A stretch of 64,000 bases of DNA from Candidatus Eiseniibacteriota bacterium (GTDB lineage: Bacteria > Joyebacterota > Joyebacteria > Joyebacterales > Joyebacteraceae). The first letter of the stretch is position 1; every line of letters begins with the position of its first letter. The stretch is taken from NCBI GenBank assembly GCA_043819135.1, contig JBDRFG010000130.1:1-64000 (forward strand), given 5' to 3'. A program made the translations under genes and the position numbers. Shown here piece after piece: positions 55,351-64,000 of this stretch. The notes beneath the pieces are model-generated. The model was not told the origin of the DNA. It did not search any database and saw nothing but the letters and a program-made list of their open reading frames with translations.

Positions 55351-56904
55351 GTGACCGGTCTGAGGCGAGGCGCCAGGGAAGTCTGGGACAGGGGTGACGA
55401 CCAGATGCGGAGGCATTGGCCCGTCTGGGTCCTGGGACTCGCCTTCTACGGCATTGTCGGGCTGCTGCTTCTCACCAGGGTCCGGATTCCCTCTCCTCTG
55501 CATCTCGTGGTGTTTGCCATGGCCGCGTTGGTCCTCTCGGTCACGTCCGTGCGGATCGAGTGGGGGCTTCTCGCCCTGGTGATCATCCTCCCCTTCGGGC
55601 GGCCAGGTATCACGGTGGGCAACCCCAAGATGTTCCACATCAGCGGGTTCAACTTCGCTCTCGTGGGCGTCATGTTCGCGTACATGCTCAGGTACTTGGT
55701 AGACGCTCAGTTCGCGCGACTGGGTCCGCTGATTCGGCGAACGCGGATCGACCGAAACCTCTTCGCGTTCGGTCTCCTCGTTCTTCTCTCGTGTTTCTGG
55801 TCGTTCAACCTGAACAAGGCTCCCACCGTCAACATGAACACCGCGCTCTTCCTGAAAGAACAGGTGCTCTACATCGTTTGGTTCTACTTACTGGTCACGC
55901 TGCTCCGGAAGCCCAAGGACCTGAGGCAGTTCGCGATGTTCTTCGCCGTCGCCGGGCTGATGACCTCCTTAATCGGCATGGCCACGCGTCTCATGGGAGG
56001 CGCCGCCGCGATTACCCCGGGCACGATTGGGGAGAATCTGGAGGGGGGTGCCGGAGGCAGAATACAGGGCGGCTGGCTGGGGCTGGGCCACCCGAACATG
56101 TTCGCCGCGCTGCTTCTGATGACGATGCCCATCTGGCTATTCGCCGTCAGTCACCTTAAGCATGGTGTCCGTCGGCTCGTGGCGGAGGTCGCCGTCATCA
56201 CCGGGTTCCTCGGGCTTCTCTTTACCTACTCGCGCAGCGCGTGGTTGGGATCCATGCTCGGGATCGGCCTCGTGGGCCTGGCCGACAGGAAGTCGCTGAT
56301 GCGGGTTCTTCTGTTCGCCACTATCTTCGTCATCATTGCGCAGACCGTGGTCCTCTTAACTATCGACATGAACCTGATCGAAGTGGTCGTGAACCGCTTC
56401 AAGGAGTTCGAGAGCTCGAGTTTCTCTGGGCGCCCGTACATCTACGCCGCGGCGATCCGGATTGTCAGGGCTCACCCGATCCTGGGAGTAGGGCTGGGCG
56501 CGTTCAGAGTGCACGCCCGGGAGGCGTCGTCGATGAGCTGGGTGCCGAGGAACGCGCATAACGTCTATCTGTCGTACGCCACGGAGTCCGGGATTCCCGC
56601 GGCGCTCCTCTTCTCGATACTCGTAGTACGCATCCTGTTGATGTCCGCGGGGAACGTGAGGGCGGTGGGGCGGGTGCCGGGATACGGATTCATCGCCCTC
56701 GGTTCTTGTGGCGCGTTCATCGGCCTGGTGGCGCAGACGATGTTCGTGCAGATCTTCAACCACCGGATCCTCGGATTCGGCTTTTACGCACTAGTGGCGA
56801 TCGTGGTCGCGATGGACCGGATGATCCGGGATGGGCAGTTCGACGAGATTGAGAGCGGGGAGCCGGGGACTCGCTCCGTGACCAGCCCATGGATGGAATC
56901 CTGA
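55351..56904 (+). CDS. wzy: O-antigen ligase/polymerase (Wzy_C) family protein, probable EPS polymerase
   Basis: Multi-TM protein with GHPNMFA, TYSRSAW, HPILGVGLG, AHNVYL..ATESGI; EPS-cluster context. Confidence 0.75.
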   Translation: MTGLRRGAREVWDRGDDQMRRHWPVWVLGLAFYGIVGLLLLTRVRIPSPLHLVVFAMAALVLSVTSVRIEWGLLALVIILPFGRPGITVGNPKMFHISGFNFALVGVMFAYMLRYLVDAQFARLGPLIRRTRIDRNLFAFGLLVLLSCFWSFNLNKAPTVNMNTALFLKEQVLYIVWFYLLVTLLRKPKDLRQFAMFFAVAGLMTSLIGMATRLMGGAAAITPGTIGENLEGGAGGRIQGGWLGLGHPNMFAALLLMTMPIWLFAVSHLKHGVRRLVAEVAVITGFLGLLFTYSRSAWLGSMLGIGLVGLADRKSLMRVLLFATIFVIIAQTVVLLTIDMNLIEVVVNRFKEFESSSFSGRPYIYAAAIRIVRAHPILGVGLGAFRVHAREASSMSWVPRNAHNVYLSYATESGIPAALLFSILVVRILLMSAGNVRAVGRVPGYGFIALGSCGAFIGLVAQTMFVQIFNHRILGFGFYALVAIVVAMDRMIRDGQFDEIESGEPGTRSVTSPWMES

Positions 56905-56917
56905 CGGGAGTGCGCCA

Positions 56918-58072
56918 TTGGGTCGTCTGCCGGACACGATAGCGTTCTTCACGGACTCCAGTGCGTGGGGTGGCGCTGAGGTCTACCTGACGCAGCTTCT
57001 GGCCGCCGTCCGCGCGGCGGGGCTTGAGCCCCGGGTCTTCTGCGCCGACAGGCGGGAAGTAGATGCGTGGGTCGAGGAGCTCGAGCGCTGTGGCTACTCG
57101 GTAGAGCGGCATCGCCCCACCAAGGAGTTCAATCCTCTCGGGTACTTCATCGCCCGCAAGTTCCTCAGAGGCTTCGAGCTGATCCACATCAACAAGACCC
57201 ATCCCCGGAACTCCCTGCCCGCGGTCGTGGCCGCGCGGATGAGCGGCGCGAAGGTAGTGGTGGCAACGGAGCACATCGCCCTCTCGCCCGACTCGCACTT
57301 CCCGATGGGGCGGCGGATCATCACGTTCCTCGTCCGGCGCACCAACAGGCTGCTGGACAGGACGATCGCTGTCTCGGAACTGAGTCGCGACATGCTCATT
57401 GAGAACTACCGCATTCCGCCCGAGAAGATCGTCGCCATACGGAACGGCATGGACGTCGGGAGATTCGATGAAGAGGTGGACGAGGTCGCCGTCCGCGGCG
57501 AGCTCGGGCTTGCGCCGGACGACAGGGTGGCGATCCTCATAGGACGCCTCGCGGCGGGCAAGGGCCACAGCTATGCAATGAGAGCGGCGAAGCTGGCGTC
57601 CGCGCGCGTGCCCGACCTCAGGATGATCCTGGTCGGAAACGGGAGGCTCGACAGCGAACTTCGGGCGGAGGCCAGGGAACTCGGGGTTTCAGACCGCGTG
57701 CTCTTCGTCGGATTCCGCCGTGACATACCGCGGCTGCTAGCTGTCTCTGACGTACTGGTGCTTCCATCGGAGGCCGAAAGCCTGCCGCTCGTAATCCTCG
57801 AGGCGATGTCGTCGCGGCTTCCGGTCATAGCGACGGATGTCGGGGGGATCAGTGAGGCCGTAGACGACGGGCGCACGGGACTTCTGGTGCGCCCCCGAGA
57901 CGCCGAGGGCCTTGCCGACGCGCTCGTGGCGGTCCTGAACGACCCCGAGCGTGCCCGCTCGATGGGACTGGCAGGGAGGAAGAAGGTGGAGGCCGAGTTC
58001 AGTCTCGATGCCTGCGCCGCCGCCGTCTTCGACGTCTACGGTGAGCTGTTGTCGAAGAGCGCCCGGAGATAG
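56918..58072 (+). CDS. Glycosyltransferase family 4
   Basis: WGGAEVY, IRNGMD, GRLAAGKGH, ESLPLVILEAM, ATDVGGISE. Confidence 0.92.
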   Translation: MGRLPDTIAFFTDSSAWGGAEVYLTQLLAAVRAAGLEPRVFCADRREVDAWVEELERCGYSVERHRPTKEFNPLGYFIARKFLRGFELIHINKTHPRNSLPAVVAARMSGAKVVVATEHIALSPDSHFPMGRRIITFLVRRTNRLLDRTIAVSELSRDMLIENYRIPPEKIVAIRNGMDVGRFDEEVDEVAVRGELGLAPDDRVAILIGRLAAGKGHSYAMRAAKLASARVPDLRMILVGNGRLDSELRAEARELGVSDRVLFVGFRRDIPRLLAVSDVLVLPSEAESLPLVILEAMSSRLPVIATDVGGISEAVDDGRTGLLVRPRDAEGLADALVAVLNDPERARSMGLAGRKKVEAEFSLDACAAAVFDVYGELLSKSARR

Positions 58073-58074
58073 AG

Positions 58075-59313
58075 ATGGAGCGCAGGCTGAAGATACTCTG
58101 CATCAACCAGTTCTTCTACCCCGACAGCCTCGGTGGCGTGGAGCGTGTGGTCTACGAGACCATGCGCAGGTTCGCCGCGCGTGGCCACGAGGTACACCTG
58201 GTCGGGCAGAGATCGAAGCCCGATACACCGGAAACGGAGGAACTCTTCGGCTTCACCGTGCACCGGTACGGCAGCGCCGAAAGCCGACGGCGATTCGGAG
58301 GACGAACCAGAGACGCGCTGCATCGTTCCGGCCCCGTGATGGGGCGTCTGCTCGACGAGCACGAGTTCGACGTGGTGATGCCGCACCACTACTTTCCGTA
58401 CTACTCCTACGCCAGGCTGACGAGGCCCAAGGCGGCCCCGGAGCTCCTGACGTTCCACGCTTCCTTCTGGCAGGAGCTGAAGCTCGAGGGTGCGGAGCGT
58501 TCGATAGGGAAGCCCCTGGAATCGCTCTTCTTAGGGCGGCTCGCCAGGCGCACGGAAGTGTCGTGCCTGAGGCGCGCCGACCGCGTCGTTGTCCTCAGTG
58601 ATTTCTCCAGGGAGCTTCTGGCCAGCTGCTATCCGTTCGCAAGGAACAAGGTCGTCAGGATTCCCGGCGGTGTCGATCTGGAGAGGTTCCACCCCGCGCC
58701 CGACCGCGCGGCGGTCCGGCGGTCGCTCGGTCTGCCTCAGGACCGCCCGGTTCTCTTCACGGCGAGGCGGCTCGTGCCGCGAATGGGCGTCGATAACCTG
58801 CTGCTCGCGCTGCCGGACGTCAGGTCGGCGTTCCCGGACGTACTTCTCGTGATCGCTGGACGGGGGAGGCTCGAGGGCGAGCTCAAGGAACTGGTCGCAG
58901 CCAGGGGTCTCTCGGACAATGTCAGGTTCGTGGGTTTCGTAGACGACAGTGACCTGGTCGGCTACTACCAGGCGGCGGACCTTTTCGTGCTGCCGACGCT
59001 GGCGTTCGAGGGATTCGGCATGGTGACGCTGGAGGCGCTCGCGTGCGGGACGCCCGCCGTGGGGACGCCGATCGGCGCGACCCCGGAGATCCTGGAGCGA
59101 CTCGCCCCTCAGCTCCTTCTGGCGGGCACGGAATCTCACGCGATCAGGCGGGGTATCGTCGCGATGCTCGAGTGGCTTTCAGATCCGGCCGCGGCCGGCA
59201 GCTTGAGGGAACTCTGCAGGAGCTACGCGGAGACCCACTACGGATGGGACCGCGTCGTCGACGCGCTGGAGGCGCAGATACACGGGCTTCTGGAGGGTGG
59301 TGGACACGGATGA
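58075..59313 (+). CDS. Glycosyltransferase family 4
   Basis: GGVERV, IPGGVD, RRLVPRMG, EGFGMVTLEALACGTP. Confidence 0.92.
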   Translation: MERRLKILCINQFFYPDSLGGVERVVYETMRRFAARGHEVHLVGQRSKPDTPETEELFGFTVHRYGSAESRRRFGGRTRDALHRSGPVMGRLLDEHEFDVVMPHHYFPYYSYARLTRPKAAPELLTFHASFWQELKLEGAERSIGKPLESLFLGRLARRTEVSCLRRADRVVVLSDFSRELLASCYPFARNKVVRIPGGVDLERFHPAPDRAAVRRSLGLPQDRPVLFTARRLVPRMGVDNLLLALPDVRSAFPDVLLVIAGRGRLEGELKELVAARGLSDNVRFVGFVDDSDLVGYYQAADLFVLPTLAFEGFGMVTLEALACGTPAVGTPIGATPEILERLAPQLLLAGTESHAIRRGIVAMLEWLSDPAAAGSLRELCRSYAETHYGWDRVVDALEAQIHGLLEGGGHG

Positions 59314-61634
59314 ACGGCACGCGAGATCCCATGTGGCGGGTGCGCAGACTGCTCGCGATGAGCCCCGCGGAGGTGGGGCTTCGTGTCGCGAGGGGCATCG
59401 CCCACAGGGCGCAGCGATCCCGGACGCCCGTGCATCAGAGTGAGCTGGTCTCGCCGGAGTCCGTGCTGTCGCAACGCGTTGCCGCGGAGGAGGTCGTCGC
59501 GTGGTTGGAGCGTGAACTGGCCGAGGATCGTGGCAGGCTGCTGCCCGGAGCGCGGGACGGCTCGGGGATCGACGCGGCGCTCCGCGCGCCGGGCGTTCGG
59601 CACGAAGAGCTGATGGATGCCGCCGAGGCGGTGCTCGAGGGGAAGGTCCGAGCCTTCGGGTGGACCGACATCGACATCGGTCGTAGCCCGGACTGGTTGA
59701 GAGACCCCGACACGGGCGGTGCGTGGCCGCTGACATTCTGGACCGACGTGGACTTCCGCGGGACGGACGGACTGGGAGACCCGCGGTACGTCTGGGAGGT
59801 CAACCGCCACCACCACCTCGTGACGTTGGGGAGAGCCTACGTTCTGTCCGGTGAGCCTCGCTTCGCCGAGCGCATCTGGCGGGACATCGTCTCGTGGGTC
59901 GAAGCCAACCCGCCACTATTCGGCATCAACTGGTCCAGTCCGCTCGAGATTGCGATTCGCCTGATGTCGTGGGCTATGGCGCTCGACCTCGTGGGTTCGA
60001 ATGGGGCGAAGGGGTTTGACGCCGCCACGGTCGCCACGAGCGTGGCGTTGCAGACAGAGCATCTGTCTGATAACCTGTCTGTTTACGCCTCTTCGCGGAA
60101 CAACCACCTGATAGGAGAGGCGGCGGGGCTCCTGGTCGCGGGGGCCAAGTTCAAGTTCCTTCGACGCGCCGGGAGGTTCTCGAGGCGCGGCAAGGATGTA
60201 CTGGAGCGGGAGCTCAACGCACAGGTCAGTGCGGATGGCGTGACCCGGGAGCAGGCTCTTCAGTACCAGGTGCTCGTCATCGAATTCGCCCTGCTCGGGA
60301 TGGCCGCGGCTGCCGCTTTGGGTACGTCCCTTGCTCCGGACAGTGTCGAGATCGTGGGCAAGATGTCGCGGTTCCTGGGTAGTGTCTCAGGAATGGGCGG
60401 CGTCCCACCCTCGGTCGGCGACGAAGATGGAGGGAGAGCCTACGAGCTCTCCGATCGCCCGGGACGGCAGGCGGCGATGGCCGCCGCGGTCGGCGCGCTG
60501 GCGGCGGGCACGACACCGCCGGCCTCCTGTGTTGCGGCCGACTTCGAGCCGGCGCTGTGGCTCTTCGGCACCGAGTCGACCGCCGACCTCGCGCGAAAGC
60601 GCGGCGAGGAGCACTGCTCCGGCTGCGACCGGGCATATTCGTGCTACTTCGCGGACGGTGGCTACTTCGTACCCGCCGGGGACGCGCAGCATGGCGTCAT
60701 CGACTGCGGACCGCTCGGCTACCTGTCGATAGCGGCGCACGGTCACGCCGACTGCCTGTCGCTCGCGGTGTCACACCTCGGGCGCTGGGTGCTGGTCGAC
60801 CCAGGCACGTACTGTTACCACCGCGACGCACTGTGGCGAGACCACTTCAGGAGCACGCCCGCTCACAACACGGTGAGCGTCGACGGTCTGAGCCAGTCGA
60901 CCATGCTCGGGCCGTTCATGTGGGGCCGGAAGGCCCGCGCCAGACAGCTCGTCTGGGCGTCGACACCGAGGTTCGACTACTTCGAGGGCGCTCACGACGG
61001 CTTCGCGTCGCGGGACGGCGTACTGCACAGGCGATCCGTCTTCTTCGGGAAGCGCGGCTACTGGCTGGTCATCGACCACCTGGAGGGCCGCGGGCGGCAT
61101 CAGGTCGACGCCACGTTCCAGCTGGCCGAGGGGTACTACCGACGGCAGGCGGGCGGGCTGGTGTTCGTCGCGGACGACGGACAGGCCGTGGAGTTCAGGA
61201 CCTGGCTTCCGGACGGGGTCGCCGCCGATGTGGTCGAGGGGGCGGAAACGCCTCCGTGCGGCTGGGTCTCCTCCGGGTTCGGCCGAAAGGTGGCCGCGCC
61301 GGCGGTAGTGGAGACGGGGGTGGTTGAACTGCCCGCGACGCTCATAACGACCATCGTCCCGTTCGACGGAGAGAGCGTCCTCAACGTCAGCTGTGCGACG
61401 GGTGGGTGGAACGGTGGAGCGGTTTTCGACATAGAGTTTCCGGAGGGGCGGGATAGGGTTCTCCTGGGAGCGCCCCGCTCGCAGTCTTCGAACGAGCGAT
61501 TCTCGGGTACCGTCGGTTTCGTGTCCGACCGCGAGGGCGGCAGGGAGACGACGGGCCTCGGGGTTACTGAATGGACGGAGGAGGGGTCGAGCGTCGCGCA
61601 CGAGCCTGTCGCCGATCTCCTGTCTGACCCGTAG
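59310..61634 (+). CDS. Heparinase II/III-like (alginate-lyase-fold) protein
   Basis: ATG59310 overlaps the upstream stop; WEVNRHHHL, INWSSPLE, NNHLIGE, HGHAD, DPGTYCY, FRSTPAHNTV. Confidence 0.85.
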   Translation: MNGTRDPMWRVRRLLAMSPAEVGLRVARGIAHRAQRSRTPVHQSELVSPESVLSQRVAAEEVVAWLERELAEDRGRLLPGARDGSGIDAALRAPGVRHEELMDAAEAVLEGKVRAFGWTDIDIGRSPDWLRDPDTGGAWPLTFWTDVDFRGTDGLGDPRYVWEVNRHHHLVTLGRAYVLSGEPRFAERIWRDIVSWVEANPPLFGINWSSPLEIAIRLMSWAMALDLVGSNGAKGFDAATVATSVALQTEHLSDNLSVYASSRNNHLIGEAAGLLVAGAKFKFLRRAGRFSRRGKDVLERELNAQVSADGVTREQALQYQVLVIEFALLGMAAAAALGTSLAPDSVEIVGKMSRFLGSVSGMGGVPPSVGDEDGGRAYELSDRPGRQAAMAAAVGALAAGTTPPASCVAADFEPALWLFGTESTADLARKRGEEHCSGCDRAYSCYFADGGYFVPAGDAQHGVIDCGPLGYLSIAAHGHADCLSLAVSHLGRWVLVDPGTYCYHRDALWRDHFRSTPAHNTVSVDGLSQSTMLGPFMWGRKARARQLVWASTPRFDYFEGAHDGFASRDGVLHRRSVFFGKRGYWLVIDHLEGRGRHQVDATFQLAEGYYRRQAGGLVFVADDGQAVEFRTWLPDGVAADVVEGAETPPCGWVSSGFGRKVAAPAVVETGVVELPATLITTIVPFDGESVLNVSCATGGWNGGAVFDIEFPEGRDRVLLGAPRSQSSNERFSGTVGFVSDREGGRETTGLGVTEWTEEGSSVAHEPVADLLSDP

Positions 61635-61657
61635 GTGAGAGGAGCACTACCGGCATC

Positions 61658-62983
61658 ATGAGAATAAGCGTGTTGGGCCTCGGATACGTCGGATGTGTGT
61701 CGGCCGCCTGCCTCAGCGATCTGGGGCACGAGGTGGTGGGTCTGGACGTCGACCCCAGGAAGGTAGAGCCCATAAGGAACGGCACGAGTCCTATCGTCGA
61801 GCCCGGGCTTCGGGAACTGGTGAAGAAGGGGGTGGAGGAGGGGCGGTTGACGGCGACCGACGACTACGAGGCCGCCGTGATGGGCTCGGACATCTCGCTG
61901 GTGTGTGTGGGCACGCCCTCCCTGGAGTCGGGGCGCCCCAACCTCGACTACACGAAGCGCGTCTGTCAGCAGATCGCCGACGTCATCAAGGGCAAGGACG
62001 GCTTCCACGTCGTGGTCTTCCGCAGCACGATCCCTCCGGGTACGGTCGAGACCGAGCTCATACCGATACTGGAGAGCGAGTCCGGGAAGAAGGAGGGCGA
62101 GGGATTCGGCGTCTGCTTCAACCCCGAGTTCCTGCGCGAGGCTTCCGCGGTCCGTGACTTCTATCATCCTCCGAAGATCGTCATAGGCGAGAGGACGCCG
62201 GGCAGCCGCGCCGGCGACGTACTGGCAGAGCTGTACTCCGCCATCGACGCTCCGACCGTGCGTACGGAGATCAGGGTCTCGGAGATGGTCAAATACGCGG
62301 ACAACTGCTTCCACGCCCTCAAGGTCTGCTTCGCGAACGAGATCGGGAATCTGAGCAAGGCGCTGCGAATCTCAGACAGCCACAAGGTGATGGAGATATT
62401 CTGTCTCGACACGCAGCTCAACCTGTCGCCTTACTACATGAAGCCGGGATTCGCCTTCGGAGGCTCCTGCCTGCCCAAGGACCTGCGCGCCATCGTGCGC
62501 ATGAGCAAAGAGACGGGCGTTGAATGCCCCGTGCTCTCCGCGGCCGACCCGTCGAACCGTCTTCAGATCCAGCGGGCCATCGACTACATCAGGGGCACGG
62601 GCAAGCGCAAGATCGGCGTGCTCGGTATGAGCTTCAAGGCGGAGACCGACGACCTGAGGGAGAGCCCGATCGTGCAGGTCGTGAGCACGCTGATCGGAAA
62701 GGGCTACGAGCTCTGCATCTACGACAGGAACATCAGCTGGGAGGAGCTGTTCGGCTCGAACCTGGGATTCATGGAGCACGAGCTGCCCTACGCGCAGAGC
62801 CTGAAGGCCGAATCGATCGACGACCTCATCGCGAGGTCGGAGGTCATCGTGGTCGCCAACGGAGCGGCGGAGTTCAAGGACGTCCCCAAGAGAATGCGGG
62901 AAGACCAGGTGATGGTCGACCTCGTACGCATAGTGGATGATCCGTCTGTGGTCCGTGGGCAGTACATCGGGATCGCGTGGTAG
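61658..62983 (+). CDS. UDP-glucose/GDP-mannose 6-dehydrogenase family protein
   Basis: GLGYVG, CVGTPS, RSTIPPGT, NPEFLRE, K.A.N.FHA.K..FANE, GFAFGGSCLPKD, FKAETDDLRESP (AlgD-like). Confidence 0.93.
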   Translation: MRISVLGLGYVGCVSAACLSDLGHEVVGLDVDPRKVEPIRNGTSPIVEPGLRELVKKGVEEGRLTATDDYEAAVMGSDISLVCVGTPSLESGRPNLDYTKRVCQQIADVIKGKDGFHVVVFRSTIPPGTVETELIPILESESGKKEGEGFGVCFNPEFLREASAVRDFYHPPKIVIGERTPGSRAGDVLAELYSAIDAPTVRTEIRVSEMVKYADNCFHALKVCFANEIGNLSKALRISDSHKVMEIFCLDTQLNLSPYYMKPGFAFGGSCLPKDLRAIVRMSKETGVECPVLSAADPSNRLQIQRAIDYIRGTGKRKIGVLGMSFKAETDDLRESPIVQVVSTLIGKGYELCIYDRNISWEELFGSNLGFMEHELPYAQSLKAESIDDLIARSEVIVVANGAAEFKDVPKRMREDQVMVDLVRIVDDPSVVRGQYIGIAW

Positions 62984-63031
62984 GCCCGGCGTCTCCGATC
63001 ACGCCGAATTTACATGTGGATGGAGCCGAAC

Positions 63032-64000
63032 GTGAGAAAGACGAATCGTATCCTCATCGTAGTAGAGAACCTGCCCGTCCCGTTCGACAGACGCGTCTGG
63101 ATGGAGGCGACGACTCTCAAAGCGGCCGGGTATGAGATCAGCGTCATATGCCCTCAGGGCAAGCGCTACGCGGAGCCCTACGAAGAGATCGACGGGATAT
63201 GCATCTACCGCTATCCGACGCCGCCTCCGACCACGTCGAAGCTCTCGTACGCGTGGGAGTTCCCCTACTGCTGGTTCCATACGCTCAGACTGTCGATGAA
63301 GGTCTGGAGAAGCGGGGGATTCGACGCGATACACGCCTGCAATCCGCCCGACACGTTCTTCCTCATCGGGCTTCTGTTCAAGCTGTTCCACCGCACGAAA
63401 TTCGTGTACGACCAGCACGACCTGTGCCCCGAGCTCTACCTGTCGCGCTTCGGGGGGAATCGCTCCGTCTACTTCGGGCTTCTGAGGATGCTGGAACGGG
63501 CGACCTACCGGAGCTCAGACATGGTCATCTCCACCAACGCGTCCTACAAGGAACATGCCGTGTCCGTCGGCGGGTTCCGCGAGGACGCCATCTACGTCGT
63601 CCGGAGCGGACCGAAGGCGTCGCTGCTGACGCCCGTCGAGCCGCGGGCGGACTTGAAGGATGGGAAGAAATTCCTCGTCTGCTATCTGGGCGTCATGGCG
63701 CCTCAGGACGGAGTGGACTATCTGCTCCGCTCCATCCGTCACGTGGTTGACGTCGTGAAGAGGAAGGACATCCACTTCACGCTCATAGGTTCGGGCGATT
63801 CGTTCGGGGACATCAAGCAGTTCAGGGACGACCTGGGTCTCACCGACTGTGTCGAGATGACCGGGAGGATAACCGACGCCGACGTCGCCGGCTATCTGTC
63901 GACTGCGGACCTCTGCGTCTGCCCCGACCCCCTGAACCCACTGAACGACGTGTCCACCATGAACAAGGTGCTCGAGTACATGACATTCGGGAAGGCGATG
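63032..64000 (+). CDS. Glycosyltransferase family 4 (WbuB-like), truncated by window end
   Basis: Not in the ORF track because it has no stop; my translation gives MRKTNRILIVVENLPVPFDRRVWMEA...HACNPPD...DQHDLCPE...YLGVMAPQDGVD...STMNKVLEYM. Confidence 0.9.
   Translation, partial: MRKTNRILIVVENLPVPFDRRVWMEATTLKAAGYEISVICPQGKRYAEPYEEIDGICIYRYPTPPPTTSKLSYAWEFPYCWFHTLRLSMKVWRSGGFDAIHACNPPDTFFLIGLLFKLFHRTKFVYDQHDLCPELYLSRFGGNRSVYFGLLRMLERATYRSSDMVISTNASYKEHAVSVGGFREDAIYVVRSGPKASLLTPVEPRADLKDGKKFLVCYLGVMAPQDGVDYLLRSIRHVVDVVKRKDIHFTLIGSGDSFGDIKQFRDDLGLTDCVEMTGRITDADVAGYLSTADLCVCPDPLNPLNDVSTMNKVLEYMTFGKAM

Noticed and set aside
1..64000. Many long antisense and alternate-frame ORFs (e.g. 2047..3309-, 13377..14942-, 27581..28945-, 31997..33580+, 34521..35915-)
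   Set aside because: They fully overlap well-supported genes, have no recognisable motifs, and are expected shadows of high-GC codon usage.
1..64000. CRISPR arrays, tRNA/rRNA, IS elements, integrases, phage genes
   Set aside because: No regularly spaced repeats, cloverleaf or rRNA signatures, or transposase/integrase motifs were seen; intergenic gaps are short.

Overview
GC-rich, gene-dense chromosomal window from a diderm (LPS-producing) bacterium. The LpxC-FabZ fusion, mcsA-mcsB-clpC, TamB next to BamA, and a secreted protein ending in 'SSWGAIKALYRN' suggest an FCB-group candidate lineage such as Eisenbacteria, Krumholzibacteria or Latescibacteria; this placement is inference only. All genes but one are on the + strand. 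Gene order: coaE(partial)-prfB(+1 programmed frameshift)-lysS-lolC/E-lolD-mcsA-mcsB-clpC-tamB-bamA-skp-lpxD-lpxC/fabZ-lpxA-gnnA-like-lpxB-DUF374 acyltransferase-waaA-lpxK-nadA-nadB. Next comes an AmmeMemoRadiSam pair (Memo-AMMECR1 fusion plus radical SAM enzyme, both with N-terminal export or membrane signals), a secreted beta-helix protein, and a convergent fused MFS/spermidine-synthase-like gene. An LPS-core cluster follows (4 GT9, msbA-like ABC transporter, 3 GT-B, WaaL, GmhB, DUF3108, a deoxyhypusine-synthase-like protein), then a sugar-1-P transferase and a GT-C enzyme. The window ends in a sigma54-led Wzy-type exopolysaccharide locus (wza, wzz/gumC, ExeA-like ATPase-SPOR with a CTG start, degenerate BY-kinase, wzy, GT4s, heparinase II/III-like protein, nucleotide-sugar dehydrogenase) that runs off the end. 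I saw no rRNA, tRNA, CRISPR array or mobile element. The best candidates for undescribed biology are the apparently extracytoplasmic AmmeMemoRadiSam module with its neighbours, the C-terminal WGxIKALY sorting-like motif, and the DHS-like gene in the LPS cluster. All calls come from reading motifs by eye; no database searches were run.
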